64,000 bases of DNA from Camelus ferus (taxonomy: Eukaryota): the NCBI RefSeq assembly GCF_009834535.1, contig NC_045697.1, positions 80,788,001 through 80,852,000 on the forward strand. Reading direction: 5' to 3'. Position 1 is the stretch's first letter. Every line of letters starts with the position of its first letter. The translations under genes and the position numbers were made by a program. Positions 38,797 through 49,530 of the stretch are shown here, one piece after another. Below the pieces are notes generated by a model, which saw only the letters and a list, made by a program, of their open reading frames with translations, did no database searches and was not told the origin of the DNA.

Positions 38797-40509
38797 GCTT
38801 TGGGTTCTGCTCCCGGGTAATGTGTTCCTTCTTAGACATCTTGACAGAAGAATTGGGGAAGGATGCAGAAAGCAGAGTTTATAATGATTGCAAACTTGTT
38901 ACCAAGAAAGCCCTTGAAAATTTAGGGCTCACTTGTCTTTCTGGATCACTTTTTCTCTGTGCATATAGGCATGGATTTTTCACGGATAAAAGACTCTATC
39001 TATCATAAGACTCATGATATTCATGGTAAATCAATTTGCTTTTGAAGTATATAGGAAAGATAAGATATGACAAACGACAGAAGAAACACGTGCACAGAGT
39101 CCAATTCAAGAAACTGACAAAAGTTAACAGAGCTACTAGCACTTTAATTGAGGAAGAGGAAGAGAAGCAAAAACCTACATGGAAGAAGAAAGTTAGGAGC
39201 CTTCCTAATATTCTTTCTCACCAGTGATTGTTTTAAAGTTATGTTTGAGAACCCTGACTTTTAAGTAGACAAAGAGAATGAAGAATTGAGGCTTTTGAAT
39301 TCATTGGTTTCGAAATTAGTGAAAAAAGAAGAAACTAAAATTCTTAGAGCAATGAGAATTTCATGAAAAAGGAGAAGAGAAAAAACTGGAGGGACAACCA
39401 AGTAGTGCAGAAATTTTTCAGTTCAGATGTTGAAAAATACTGAGTTGAAGGGGTCTGGAAACAGTGCAAAATTCTCCAGGAGGAAAAAAGTGAAGCAGCA
39501 GGAACGACTCAAGGAGAACCTGCAGATGGTCCTCAAGCCCCAGTTTCAGGCGATCAGAGCTGGAGAAGAACTCGGAGGCTTCAAGGATTCTGCCACATAG
39601 CAGAAGTTGATGAATAAAACCTTTGAAGATTGTTTGAAACTTGAAGCGAAAAAAAAAAAAAAAGAGGGACAGCAGAAGTAACAGGAGGCCAAGAAGCTGC
39701 ACCAACAAGAGAGGAAAATACTTTCTGGTTCCACATCTGAAGGCACAGAAAAGGATGACCATTTCTTTAAATTTGGAAACGATCCTACTTGTGGTTTGGA
39801 AGGAGCACTTCTCCCCCAAATTGATCATCGTTAGAGCACATTAAACACAGACAGGAGAATACACATTTTTACCATTTTGTGTGAATTCAAGATACATCTA
39901 TAGAGTTAAAAATTTGACAGCTTGTCCCTATGCCTTATGGGTCAGACTTTGAAATTGGACCCCACCCCCCAGGCGGTCAGCGCATCGCCCCCAAGGTGCT
40001 TTTTGTAAGTTATTGCTCCTCACAAACATGGTCATTCTTCCCTGGTTTTAATCAAGTAAACCAGGTTTTTTTTTTTTTTAATATAGTAATATATGTACCA
40101 TGAAATGAAAAGTTACCCTGTGCTAAAAACAAAGATTGATCACACTCTGGAAACTTCTTTTCTTTCAATACCTAATGCCATTCATGATTAAACCACCCAG
40201 AAATACCATTCCTGTTTTACCTAACATGTATGTACTAGCTACATTTGTGTTTATAAGTATATGTTGATAGGCTTGTTGCTCGTTTATGTGTTAGTTTGGG
40301 ATTCTTTTAAAAAATATTTTTATACCAAGAGAATATAAGTTAATAGTAATAACATCTAAAACAAGAAATGGAAGCTACTGGTTATTCTTTTAAACTTGGT
40401 ACAAGATTAAATAAGGGTCTTTGTTCTGTCTCTTAAGTGCACTTAGAGATGAACTGACTGAAGAAAACAATTATAAAAATAAATACTTTCATTTGAACAG
40501 CAAAAAAAA
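38797..40509 (+). pseudogene. NOL10: 5'-truncated processed pseudogene of nucleolar protein 10
   Basis: Frameshifted, intronless translation: LGSAP..CSFLDILTEEL..VY..KLVTKKALENLGLT..HGFF.D.RLY / RVQFKKLTKVN..LIEEEEEKQKPTWKKKVRSLPNIL / FKVMFENPDF / GEELGGFKDSAT.QKLMNKTFEDCLKLEAK, matching the NOL10 C-terminal half. CDS-equivalent stop at ~39768-39770, putative 3' UTR, AATAAA at 40478-40483 and a short A tail at 40502-40509. Confidence 0.9.
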
Positions 40510-40939
40510 TTGCTATTCTTAAATATAACTGCTTCAGTTGAATATGAGGGAAATCTAACTCCAAAATCTGTCACCTGTTAATCACCTAGATAGATTTGGC
40601 ATGTGGCTTATCTGGTTGACATTGTGTATCTCTTCTCTGAAGTTGCATTTTGAAGAGGGTTGTGGACCCAGATAATGAAGAACTATTATGCAGCCAGGGT
40701 ATCTGTCCTTTTTGCAACAGCCTTCACACTGAGTGTGTTGTGTTGATTCTGTAACCCGGGTTGGTTGTGTGGGAGGGAAGGGAAGTGGGAAGACATGACA
40801 GGAATACAGGCTAACATGTTTGGGGTCTGTGGGGTCTGTGGTCTTCAAGTATACCCTTTACCATGAAAGTAATAGTCATTTATTTTTACAATTGCCAACT
40901 CATTTATTTTATACAAAATATTCTGTATTTTGGAATTTT

Positions 40940-42830
40940 TTTTAATTAAAAAAGAAAGATCACTTATAATTCTACCACCTAGAGAAAAACACTGTTAGTA
41001 TTTTGAGCTATGTATTTTGAGACTTTTTTCTCTCTTTCTGTACATTAATTTCCTTTAAAAATGATTTCATACCATACATATTAGTTGTTAATTTGTTTTT
41101 GTTACCTAACACTGTATCTCAAATATATATCCCAGTCTACAACATTATTCTGCTATATCATTTTGATGATTGCATATAGTATTATACCAACTGAAGATTA
41201 TACAACATTTTAAACAAGTTTTTTATTTGTTTATTTTTCTCTCCTATCTCATATTTCAGACATAAAAATTTTTGAGTCAAGCATTTTTATGAATAAATAT
41301 TTGGGCAAATGCACAATTTTCTTAGGATAAATTCCTGAAAGTGTAAATCTTCGGTCAAAGAGCATATATAACTTTGAATTTTAAAAGCTTTTCTCTAAAA
41401 AAGTTTACATCAATTTACATTCAATCCATCAGTGTTTGTGAGAAGTTCTGTTTCCCCACACTTTACTGGTAATGGATATTATCATTCTTTTTAATCTTAA
41501 CCAAATTGAGAGACAAATAATGAGATTTTTTAACTGTTTATTTTCCATCATCCTTATTTCCATTTTCTGTTTAAGAGACTGTAGAACACCTTAAGATCAC
41601 TCAGTGCTGTTCTTACTCATTCAGTGGCCCGAGCAGTGGGAGCTGCAGACTAGTCTTCCAGTGGCCGGCTGAGCGCTCCATTCTTCAGAAGGGGGCTGCT
41701 GGATAGGCACCGAGGGCGCCTGCCAACCTTCAGACCAGCCTGTGACCTGGAGTTGAGTAGCAGTAAACTTGGGAGCTGGAGCAGTCCACCCATCCCGAAA
41801 TTCCTCCTCGGTCACATCCTCTTAAGCAGCAGCCTGATCTTCCTTTTCAAGCTCGTTAGGAATTCTGAAGAAGTAGAGATGAGGCATGGTCCCAATGCGT
41901 GTTCATAGGAGATGGTGCCACGCGTGTGCAGAACCTCCTGGGCCAGCATCCACCACATCAGCTCCCTTGTGATTGCTGGGGGTGGCAACATCCACATAAT
42001 GAAGAGGAGAGTCATGTGTTGTACTGAGAGATTGTAGGCATTTAACGTAAGATGCCTCTGTGAGAGGCGGTGGTCAGCCCTGGGATCAGTAACCACCAGA
42101 AATTGTGGCTCCCAGAAAGCTGCCTGAGTCTGGTTGGTGAAGATTTCAGGAGTTAAGTGGCCAGCAACAGGAATGACTCCAGTGGCAGCAGCAAACTTCA
42201 GCACAGCTCAATAGCCAGTATTCCTGGAGGATGTGACACTGGTATCAGCTGAGTTTTCAGTGGCACAAACTGCCAACAAAATCTAAGCTTCTTCCAGGTC
42301 CTCTTCAGATTTATGATATAGATGCCACTGCTTCTTCTTCTTCTTTTTTTTTTTTTGGCAGATGTACTGTTCCATTTGGAGGTCACGTTTGGTGCCACCT
42401 AAGTGGGTTCCTGCTGCAAGGAATTTGCGAACGTCTTCCTCCCTCACTTGCAGAACATCAAGGACTCTGGACATTGTGAAAATTTCCCTTCAATTACGAT
42501 GGGAACCCCAGATCAAGGCTGTGTGGCTGGGTAGCGCAGAGGGGTAAGTTGTATTTTGATTTGCATTTTTATTATTATCAACCTGCACATTTTTCAGATG
42601 TATTGTCTGTTTATATTTCTTCATTTGTGAATTATCATGATGTTTTCCCATTTTCTATGGAGACTTTGTCATTTGCTAAGTTGGAAGCATCCCTTATGTA
42701 GTACCTAGTTTAAACACTAATCCTTCAAACGTGTTGCTAATAAACTTTCTCAGATTGGGGGCTTTCTTTTTAAAATTGTTTAAGTGTATTTAACAAGCAA
42801 CTTTTATTGATTTTTTTTTATATTTTTTAG
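40940..42830 (-). mobile_element. Old L1ME-like 3' region split by the RPSA retrocopy
   Basis: Antisense L1 motifs run to ...TTTCCCCACACTTTACTGG...TAATCTTAACCAAATTG (~41510) and resume after the retrocopy as GTATTTTGATTTGCATTTTT...ATTTCTTCATTTGTGAATT (~42550). Confidence 0.75.
41526..42544 (-). pseudogene. RPSA: Full-length processed pseudogene of 40S ribosomal protein SA (uS2)
   Basis: ATG at 42474 after the 5' UTR ..AAGGGAAATTTTCACA. Translation pieces [73 protein letters not shown] and EEF..WTAPAP.FTATQ..V..WSEG match RPSA. No introns, multiple frameshifts and stops, stop at 41591-41593, AATAAA at 41537-41542 and a short poly(A). Confidence 0.97.
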
Positions 42831-42849
42831 CCAAAAATAGGGTACCAAA

Positions 42850-43125
42850 AATAGATGTTCAGAAAAACTAATCTAGCAGTGGTAGGCAGGCTTATTTAGA
42901 CAGGGAAAGCTCAATTAGGATATTAGTCCATAATCAAAAAGTGAGACAAGGGTTTGCAGTCAAAAGCTGGAGATGGAAACAAAACATAAGTGTTGAATGC
43001 CTTTTAAGGGAAGAATTACAGAAATTGGTTCAATGTGGGATCTAAATAGATCTAAGAGTCACAGATGATTCCAAAGTTTGAGACTAAGAAAGATGTACCA
43101 GTGCTAGAAACATAAATGTTGCCAT
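42850..43125 (-). mobile_element. L2 remnant
   Basis: AGAGTCACAGATGATTCCAAAGTTTGAG and AATCTAGCAGTGGTAGGCAGG are L2-like motifs. Confidence 0.55.
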
Positions 43126-43539
43126 GCTGCACCATTGTTTTTCTCAGTTTGTTTTCTTTGATTTTAAAGTGACAGCAGTCTACAAATATGAACACTGAAG
43201 AGTTCTTAGAATTTTTTTCTACCACATCTTCAATCTCTGACATCTGATAATTATTTTTCTTTTTGCAAATTCATTTTGCAGCAGAAATTTATGTGAACTG
43301 ACATGGTAACATTTATAGTTTTAATTATTATTAATAAAGCCAGTAAATGAAAGAGCCCAGATATCCCATGATTTTTCCAATCACGTGAAGTGAGGCTTAC
43401 GTTGGTGAGAAGAGCACCAACCTTACTGAGCATGTTGGTGGCTCTCTTCTGCAGGCTGAGGCAGGACAAGGTACTGTAAGACTGCGCTCACTAGTAATAG
43501 CAGAAGTGAATAAAACCCCCTAACAATAAAGGCCAGCGG

Positions 43540-45195
43540 CATTGCATAACCATCAGAAGACTGGCGGGTGCAACAGATCATAACGGCCCTCATGTCATCC
43601 ATCACTGTCGCACCTATGCCTCTCCCTCGCCTCACACCTATCGCTGCATCAAAGATCCTTTATAAGCAGCTGATGGAGGGTTTTGGGTTCATGAATAGGT
43701 GAGCTGGGGATGTGAGTACAAGACAGAAATAGATGACAACTGCACTACAGCACCACTCAGGGTAAGACAGTGATGACATGCAGTCATCTCAATGAGCAGC
43801 AGTTCAGCTAGTGCCCTGCTCATCCATTTTGTGTGGATAAAGATGTGGCCCAAGTTTAGAATGTATATGGAATAATGGGCAGTGGGAAATGGCTTGGCTG
43901 ATCAGGGCACTGGAAAGAGAAATGTTGAAAGATGACATTCAAAGAGTTCTGGTTAGAGACATGGCAGTGGACATACGAGAATGGCTACACACAGTGGAGA
44001 TAGCCACGTCCCATGTTAATGCTCACTAGAGAACTCCACCGTGAAAGCGGCACTAAACACTCCGGTAAATAAAATTGAGCTGGCCAGTTTACACAAGCCA
44101 GCCTCTGTCAGCAGTCCTCAGTGCTGACACAATGGACACGTAAAAAGAAGTGTTTGTGATGACAGAAATGGAGGCTAAGCTTGGGCCAACACTATGGGCC
44201 CTTCTTGCCAAAGCCATGAAATGTCCAGCCTGCCTGCCATAGAGAACATTGCTGGGCTGTCCATATGGCACAACTGGTCACTTGGAGGCCTGCGGAATGC
44301 ACTGGACTCCTTCCACCTTGGAAAGGACAGTGATTCATTTTGATAAGTGATTCATTTGACATATTACAGTTATGGAGTTGTTTTTCCTACCCATGAAGCC
44401 CCAGCCAGCACCTTTGTCCTACAGTCTATAAAACATATGATTCATCCTGACAAGACTCCGTGTTAATATTATGTCAGATCAGATGACTCACTGCATAGAA
44501 AAGGGGGTTTGTAGATGGTGCATAATACATGCTCCACTAGTGATATTACATACAGTGCGATCCAGAAGCTGCTGACCAGGTAGAGCAGTGGAATAGCCTG
44601 CTGGAGGCTGTGGAAGCTGAAGTACAGGTTCAGAGGAGGTGCTTTACAGTGACGCTATTCCTTCAGGACACAGTGTCCACTGTAATTCATAGGCCTTTGT
44701 ATGGTGCAGTGTCTCCAGGAAGCAGAATATGTAAGTCCAGGAACCAAGATGTAGAAGCAGGATTACCCCTGCTTATCATCGCTCTCAGTGACTCACCTGG
44801 CAAATGTATGCTTCCCATCCCTGCCACTCCAGGCACTCTTCCCTCCAAAAGGGCACATGTCCACCAGGACACAGCAAGAGACCTATTGAACTATCAGCTA
44901 AGGTTTGCCTCCTAGATATTTCATGTTCCTCTTGCACATGACCAGAATGTGAGTGAGTCTGCACATTGGTAGGAGCAATTGCTCGTTTTCACCAGTAAAA
45001 GTAATACAAAGGGGGAAAAGAGCAATATGTTTGATATTCACATGATCATTGGGGTACCTCTTGATGCCTCCTTGACAAATTTTGGTGGTCAATGGAAAAG
45101 TTCAGTGGAAAAGTTCCATCATCTTCTCCTGAGAACAGTTTGGTGACCTGGGGCTCAGAAACCTCTGGAATGGTGTTCTGGGTCATGCCACAGGA
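43540..45195 (+). mobile_element. ERVL/MaLR internal region (decayed RNase H-integrase)
   Basis: Degenerate motifs TTALQHHS, WPKFRMYME.WAVGNGLA, SHVNAH, LNTPVNK, CPAC and HWTPSTL-like segments correspond to ERVL pol RNaseH/IN sequence; many stops and frameshifts. Confidence 0.8.
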
Positions 45196-46225
45196 ATGAT
45201 AAACGTTCTTCCCCAACCCTCTGGCTCAAAGCCTGATTCTTGTGGAACCTAGCCTGAGACAGCATGTTTATGTAAGAGTGCTACCTCTTATTGTCATGTA
45301 CTATATGGTATAAATACTGTGTTCCTTTCCTTAAAATCTAAAAAGTTTTGAATTCAAAAGTATAGTCAGCCATAAAGTTTTCAGATAAGGGACTGGGGAC
45401 CTGTGTTTACCGCATAAAATAGATTGAATAGGGAAAAGAGGTCATGAGGATTAGGCTATGAATCTTTTATGTTGGCCTGTGACTGACACTTCCACCCCTT
45501 GCCCTCTTTCCTCTTTGCAAAAATCAGTCTTCCTCTACCTTTGGACTCGGGAATCTTTCCTAGGCCTTGCTCTCCAAGAAGGTTCACTTTTCCTCTTCAT
45601 AATCTCCAAACAGTGACTTCTAGAAGACCTAATGTTCATCCTTAAATTTGTATTAGATTATATCTTTCCTGGTACAAATACAGAAGTATTTCCCAAGGGA
45701 TAGTCTCCTCAAATTTTCTAAGGTGAAAATAAAATTATCCCCCACTAACAGCCCAAGATTACATGAAGTTTTCTCTTTGACGTGTTATGGAAATTGCTTG
45801 GCCAGGGTGGAGAGTAATCACTAGAATGAACACTTGCAACTGATGATTAGGATTATACATTCTATCTACATTTCTCAAAAAGAGCACTTCCATGTAAACA
45901 TTGTAGTTTTTAGAACATTATCTGGCATTATAGCTCCATCAAGTGGTAAAATTGGCATGAAACTGTAGTGTTACATTCTTAGTCTCAAAATGCATTCAGT
46001 TTAATTTCCATACTAGAATTCCTATCAGGGCTGTATTTATGATTAAACATATCCTCATTTCAAAACACAACCTGAGCCATTTTTCATTTGGAACATCTAA
46101 GGATTTTATTTATGGACAGAGATGAAATATTTGGATTTTTTTCTTTGGCATGGAAACTGAAGAAATCACATTTTTCTAGTATTCATTTGGATTCCTTAAT
46201 AATCTATAAGTTACCATTTGCTACT

Positions 46226-46558
46226 GGAATGGTTGCTGTCAGGCCTCCAGTCCTTGCTGACTGTTGGCCAGAGACAGTTCCTTACCACGTGGGCCCCCAT
46301 ATGGATGCTCAGAACATGCCATCTTGCTTCTCTCTTAGAGCAACAGGTCCAATAGAGGAGAAGAAAGAGTGAGGGAGCGAGGGCAAAATGCAAGTCACAG
46401 CTTTTTTGTGGCTTAATCTCAGAAGTGACATCCCACCACTTTTGCTGTTTTTTCTACTCGTGAGAAGTGGATCCAGCCCACTCAAGGGGAGGGGACTGCA
46501 CTACAGCATGGACACCAGGGGACGGGGATCACTGAGGGCATCTTAGAGGCTGCCCACA
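46226..46558 (-). mobile_element. MLT1F-like LTR
   Basis: TAATCTCAGAAGTGACATCCCACCACTTTTGCTG...CCAGCCCACTCAAGGGGAGGGGA...GGGATCACTGAGGGCATCTTAGAGGCTGCC. Confidence 0.85.
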
Positions 46559-46659
46559 ACAAGTGCTTTCTTGACATAGATGTTAACTTCCAAAATGCCC
46601 ATACATTGCAAAAATTCAAATAGGTTATCATCCACTCACAGACACTAATAATTTTACTA

Positions 46660-46855
46660 TTAATAATAGGGTCTACTATGCTCCAGGTACTGTTCTAAAT
46701 GTTAACCACATATTAACTCATTGTCAACTCTCTGATCCTTGTAACAGCCCTGTAAGTTAAGTACTATTATTATTCCCATCATACAGATGAGGAAAAAGAG
46801 GCACAGAAAAATTAAGTAATTTGTCAGGATTTGAATCCAAGTTATCTGGCTCCAA
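46660..46855 (-). mobile_element. MIR SINE
   Basis: CCAGGTACTGTTCTAAATG...ATTATTCCCATCATACAGATGAGGAAAAAGAGGCACAGA...GGATTTGAATCCAAG. Confidence 0.85.
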
Positions 46856-48652
46856 AGAGAATATAATGTTTAACAAGTTTTCTATTTGCCATACAACAAA
46901 AATTATAAATTAAAGTTGAGAGACAGCATTGAAAATAAAAGTAAAAACAGAGTTTCAGCAATGATCCTCAGCTCCCTATTAGTCCTACTGATACATTTCA
47001 AAATACAAATACAATGACCCAACTTCTGCTTCACTACAATAGGCCAATAGCCTGTGTAATTGTTGATAATGATTCTTTTGCCCTCAAAAATATCCAGATT
47101 TTAATAATAAATTAAATATAGAAGACTATCAGAGTGTCTCAACACATCTGAACAATACCACACGTTTCATTGTTAGAGAAAATGTAGTCTTCTGAACATA
47201 CCTCTTAGTGACTCTGATATGGCCCTAAGGGTTGATAATCACTTTTTTAGACAGTAAAAACTGTAAGAACAGTAATGGTAAAATAATATCACAAAGAGTT
47301 TGTCTTGATTAGGGAGCAGCACAAATCATGTAGCTAGCTCCTACACATGTCTGGAGGCAGAAATACAAATGTATTGAAAAAATTAATTATAATAATACAA
47401 GATTGTTTTAGAACTTATTACTATATCCTTTATAAATGCAATGGAAAATGTGGATCTGGTAAGTTGGTAAATTTTATCAGTAAGAAATGCCCCAATTAGA
47501 CAGATTCCATTCCAAAAATTTTTTTAAATTATTTTAGGTCACCTATGTTTATTAAATTGAGTTGTTAAACAAGTGAATGCCTATGGCATTAATAAAAGAC
47601 ATTTATTTTAGAGTTACTAAGGACTAAACAGACTAAATATTGTTGAAACATATACTGACAGGTAAATGTTTAGGAAAGAACTAAGAACATACGAATTTTC
47701 AGATACCGCCATAGCCCAGAGAAAGGATGTGCTTGTATCTTTAGCCAGAAGAGGGCATTACGTGACTACCATTTGATGGTGTGTTACATAACGTTAACAT
47801 CTAGAAAGACTAGATCTATGGAGGGAAAAACAAAAAAGTTAACATCTAAAAACTATACACTGCAATTGTTTAATGAACATAATTTTCCAAATGATTCTGC
47901 TTAAAGTACTCAGCTTTCTTTCTACCTAGGAATTTAATAAACTTACTCTTTCATTATATATTTGGTCACCATGTTTTATTACAACCAAGGATTTAAGATG
48001 GAGGAAGATCATTCATTGTTAAAATTTAAGGGACCCTAAGACACACCCCCCATTCTAATTTCTTCATTTTACAAATGATACAACTGAAGTTCAGAGATGT
48101 TATGTGGCATGCCTGAGATTCCCAGGGCTGGCAGTGTCAGTCATCTGCGACAGGGTTCTCTAACTAACCCCCACCCAGGTCCATTATTCTGTAGACTCCA
48201 GCTCACCATCACATCAAAGCACCACCCGGAACGCTGACATGGGGGTCTGACTGATTTATGCCAGAACTTCCAGCAGCATTGGCTGCACCAAAAGAAGTAG
48301 TAACTCACTTCTAAGTACTGAAGTTAATACAATTTAAATATAAACATTCTCATTGTGACTATACTTAAGAAATGTTTCCTATGGAACACAATTCTCTTTT
48401 TTTTTCTGAATGAAATCAAAATGCTCCCCCATGAGAGGGGCACAAGAGGAGATAGCAAAACCTACACTAGTTTCCCTGCTGGCCCAAATAATGTTGGACT
48501 CTGGTCACAAAACAATAATATTGTAGAAATGGAACGTCAGCAATAAGATTGTCTCTCTTGTTTACAAACATTTTATAAATGAAGAATCTAAGGCCCTTGG
48601 AGGTTAAATTTTTGGTTTGAGGACACAAACCCGGCAAGTTCACTTAAAGTTC

Positions 48653-49045
48653 TGTGGAAGGCAGAATTCTATGATGACCTTCTCCCCTGCTATTGCTTTC
48701 CTGATTAAATTACCTTAAGAGGTAAAAGGGATTTTACAGACTCAATTAATGTTACTAATCAGTTGACCTTAAAATAGGGAGCTTATTCCTTTGGGTTTAA
48801 CTTCTTTACATAAGCCCTTTAAGGGAGAATGATTTCTGAATGTAAATGTATCTGGAAGCAGATTCTTCCCCAGAACATCCAGATAAGACCCCAGCCAGCA
48901 CCTTGATTTCAGCCTCATGAGATCCTAAGCAGGGAACCCAATTGAGCCCACATGGAATTTTGACCAGGAACTGAGATAATAAATGGGTGTTCTTTCAAGC
49001 TACAAAATATGAGTACTCTGATACATAGCAATAGAAAACTGATAC
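48653..49045 (+). mobile_element. MLT1E-like LTR (internally deleted)
   Basis: TGTGGAAGGCAGAATTCTATGATGACC ... CACCTTGATTTCAGCCTCATGAGATCCTAAGCAG ... GCAATAGAAAACTGATAC. Confidence 0.8.
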
Positions 49046-49049
49046 TAGG

Positions 49050-49530
49050 TCTAACCTAAAAGCAGAAAGCATTTAAGACTTTAAGAAAGAGGACTTCAAC
49101 ATAGGGATTTTGTTACACAGATAATGGAAAAGCAGAGAAGCTAAATGAAACACACTGAGGTGACCCTAATTAACAGGTGTAGAAAACCACCACCGCCCCC
49201 AGGTCAGAGAGATGGTGGGAAGTGAGTTACCAGAGTCCAGGCATTAGAGGCGCACAGCTGCAGTTGGAACCACAGAACCCGGTTCAGGGGGCACTTGAGT
49301 TCATTGGAAGAGCGGTGGTAGCTGCCAGACACACAGCCTGAGGCACGGGGAGGGGTTAAGTCTTCCAGTCTTCCTATAGTGTCTCCCACTGGCCAGACCC
49401 TGCTGGATGCTTGCTGATACAGGAGCCTGAGGAGGACTTCTGCAGAGGTCAACCTCCTGCCACACAGAGCAGAGCAGGAGAATAACAAAAGATGGATCTT
49501 ATGACAGACAGGCCCAAGGCAGGCACAGAT
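49050..49530 (-). mobile_element. Old MaLR/ERVL LTR remnant
   Basis: GTGTCTCCCACTGGCCAGACCCTGCTGGATGC...CAGAGGTCAACCTCCTG resembles MLT1-type sequence. Confidence 0.5.

Noticed and set aside
39418..39828. 136-aa minus-strand ORF, the longest in the track
   Set aside because: It is the antisense frame of the NOL10 retrocopy and is Leu/Phe-rich simply because it mirrors Lys/Glu codons.
39975..40000. CTCF-like GGGGGCG motif in the NOL10 3' UTR region
   Set aside because: Only the 3' half of the consensus matches and the core AG is missing.
41621..42474. RPSA-like ORFs as a functional gene
   Set aside because: Split over several frames by frameshifts and stops, intronless, with a poly(A) remnant.
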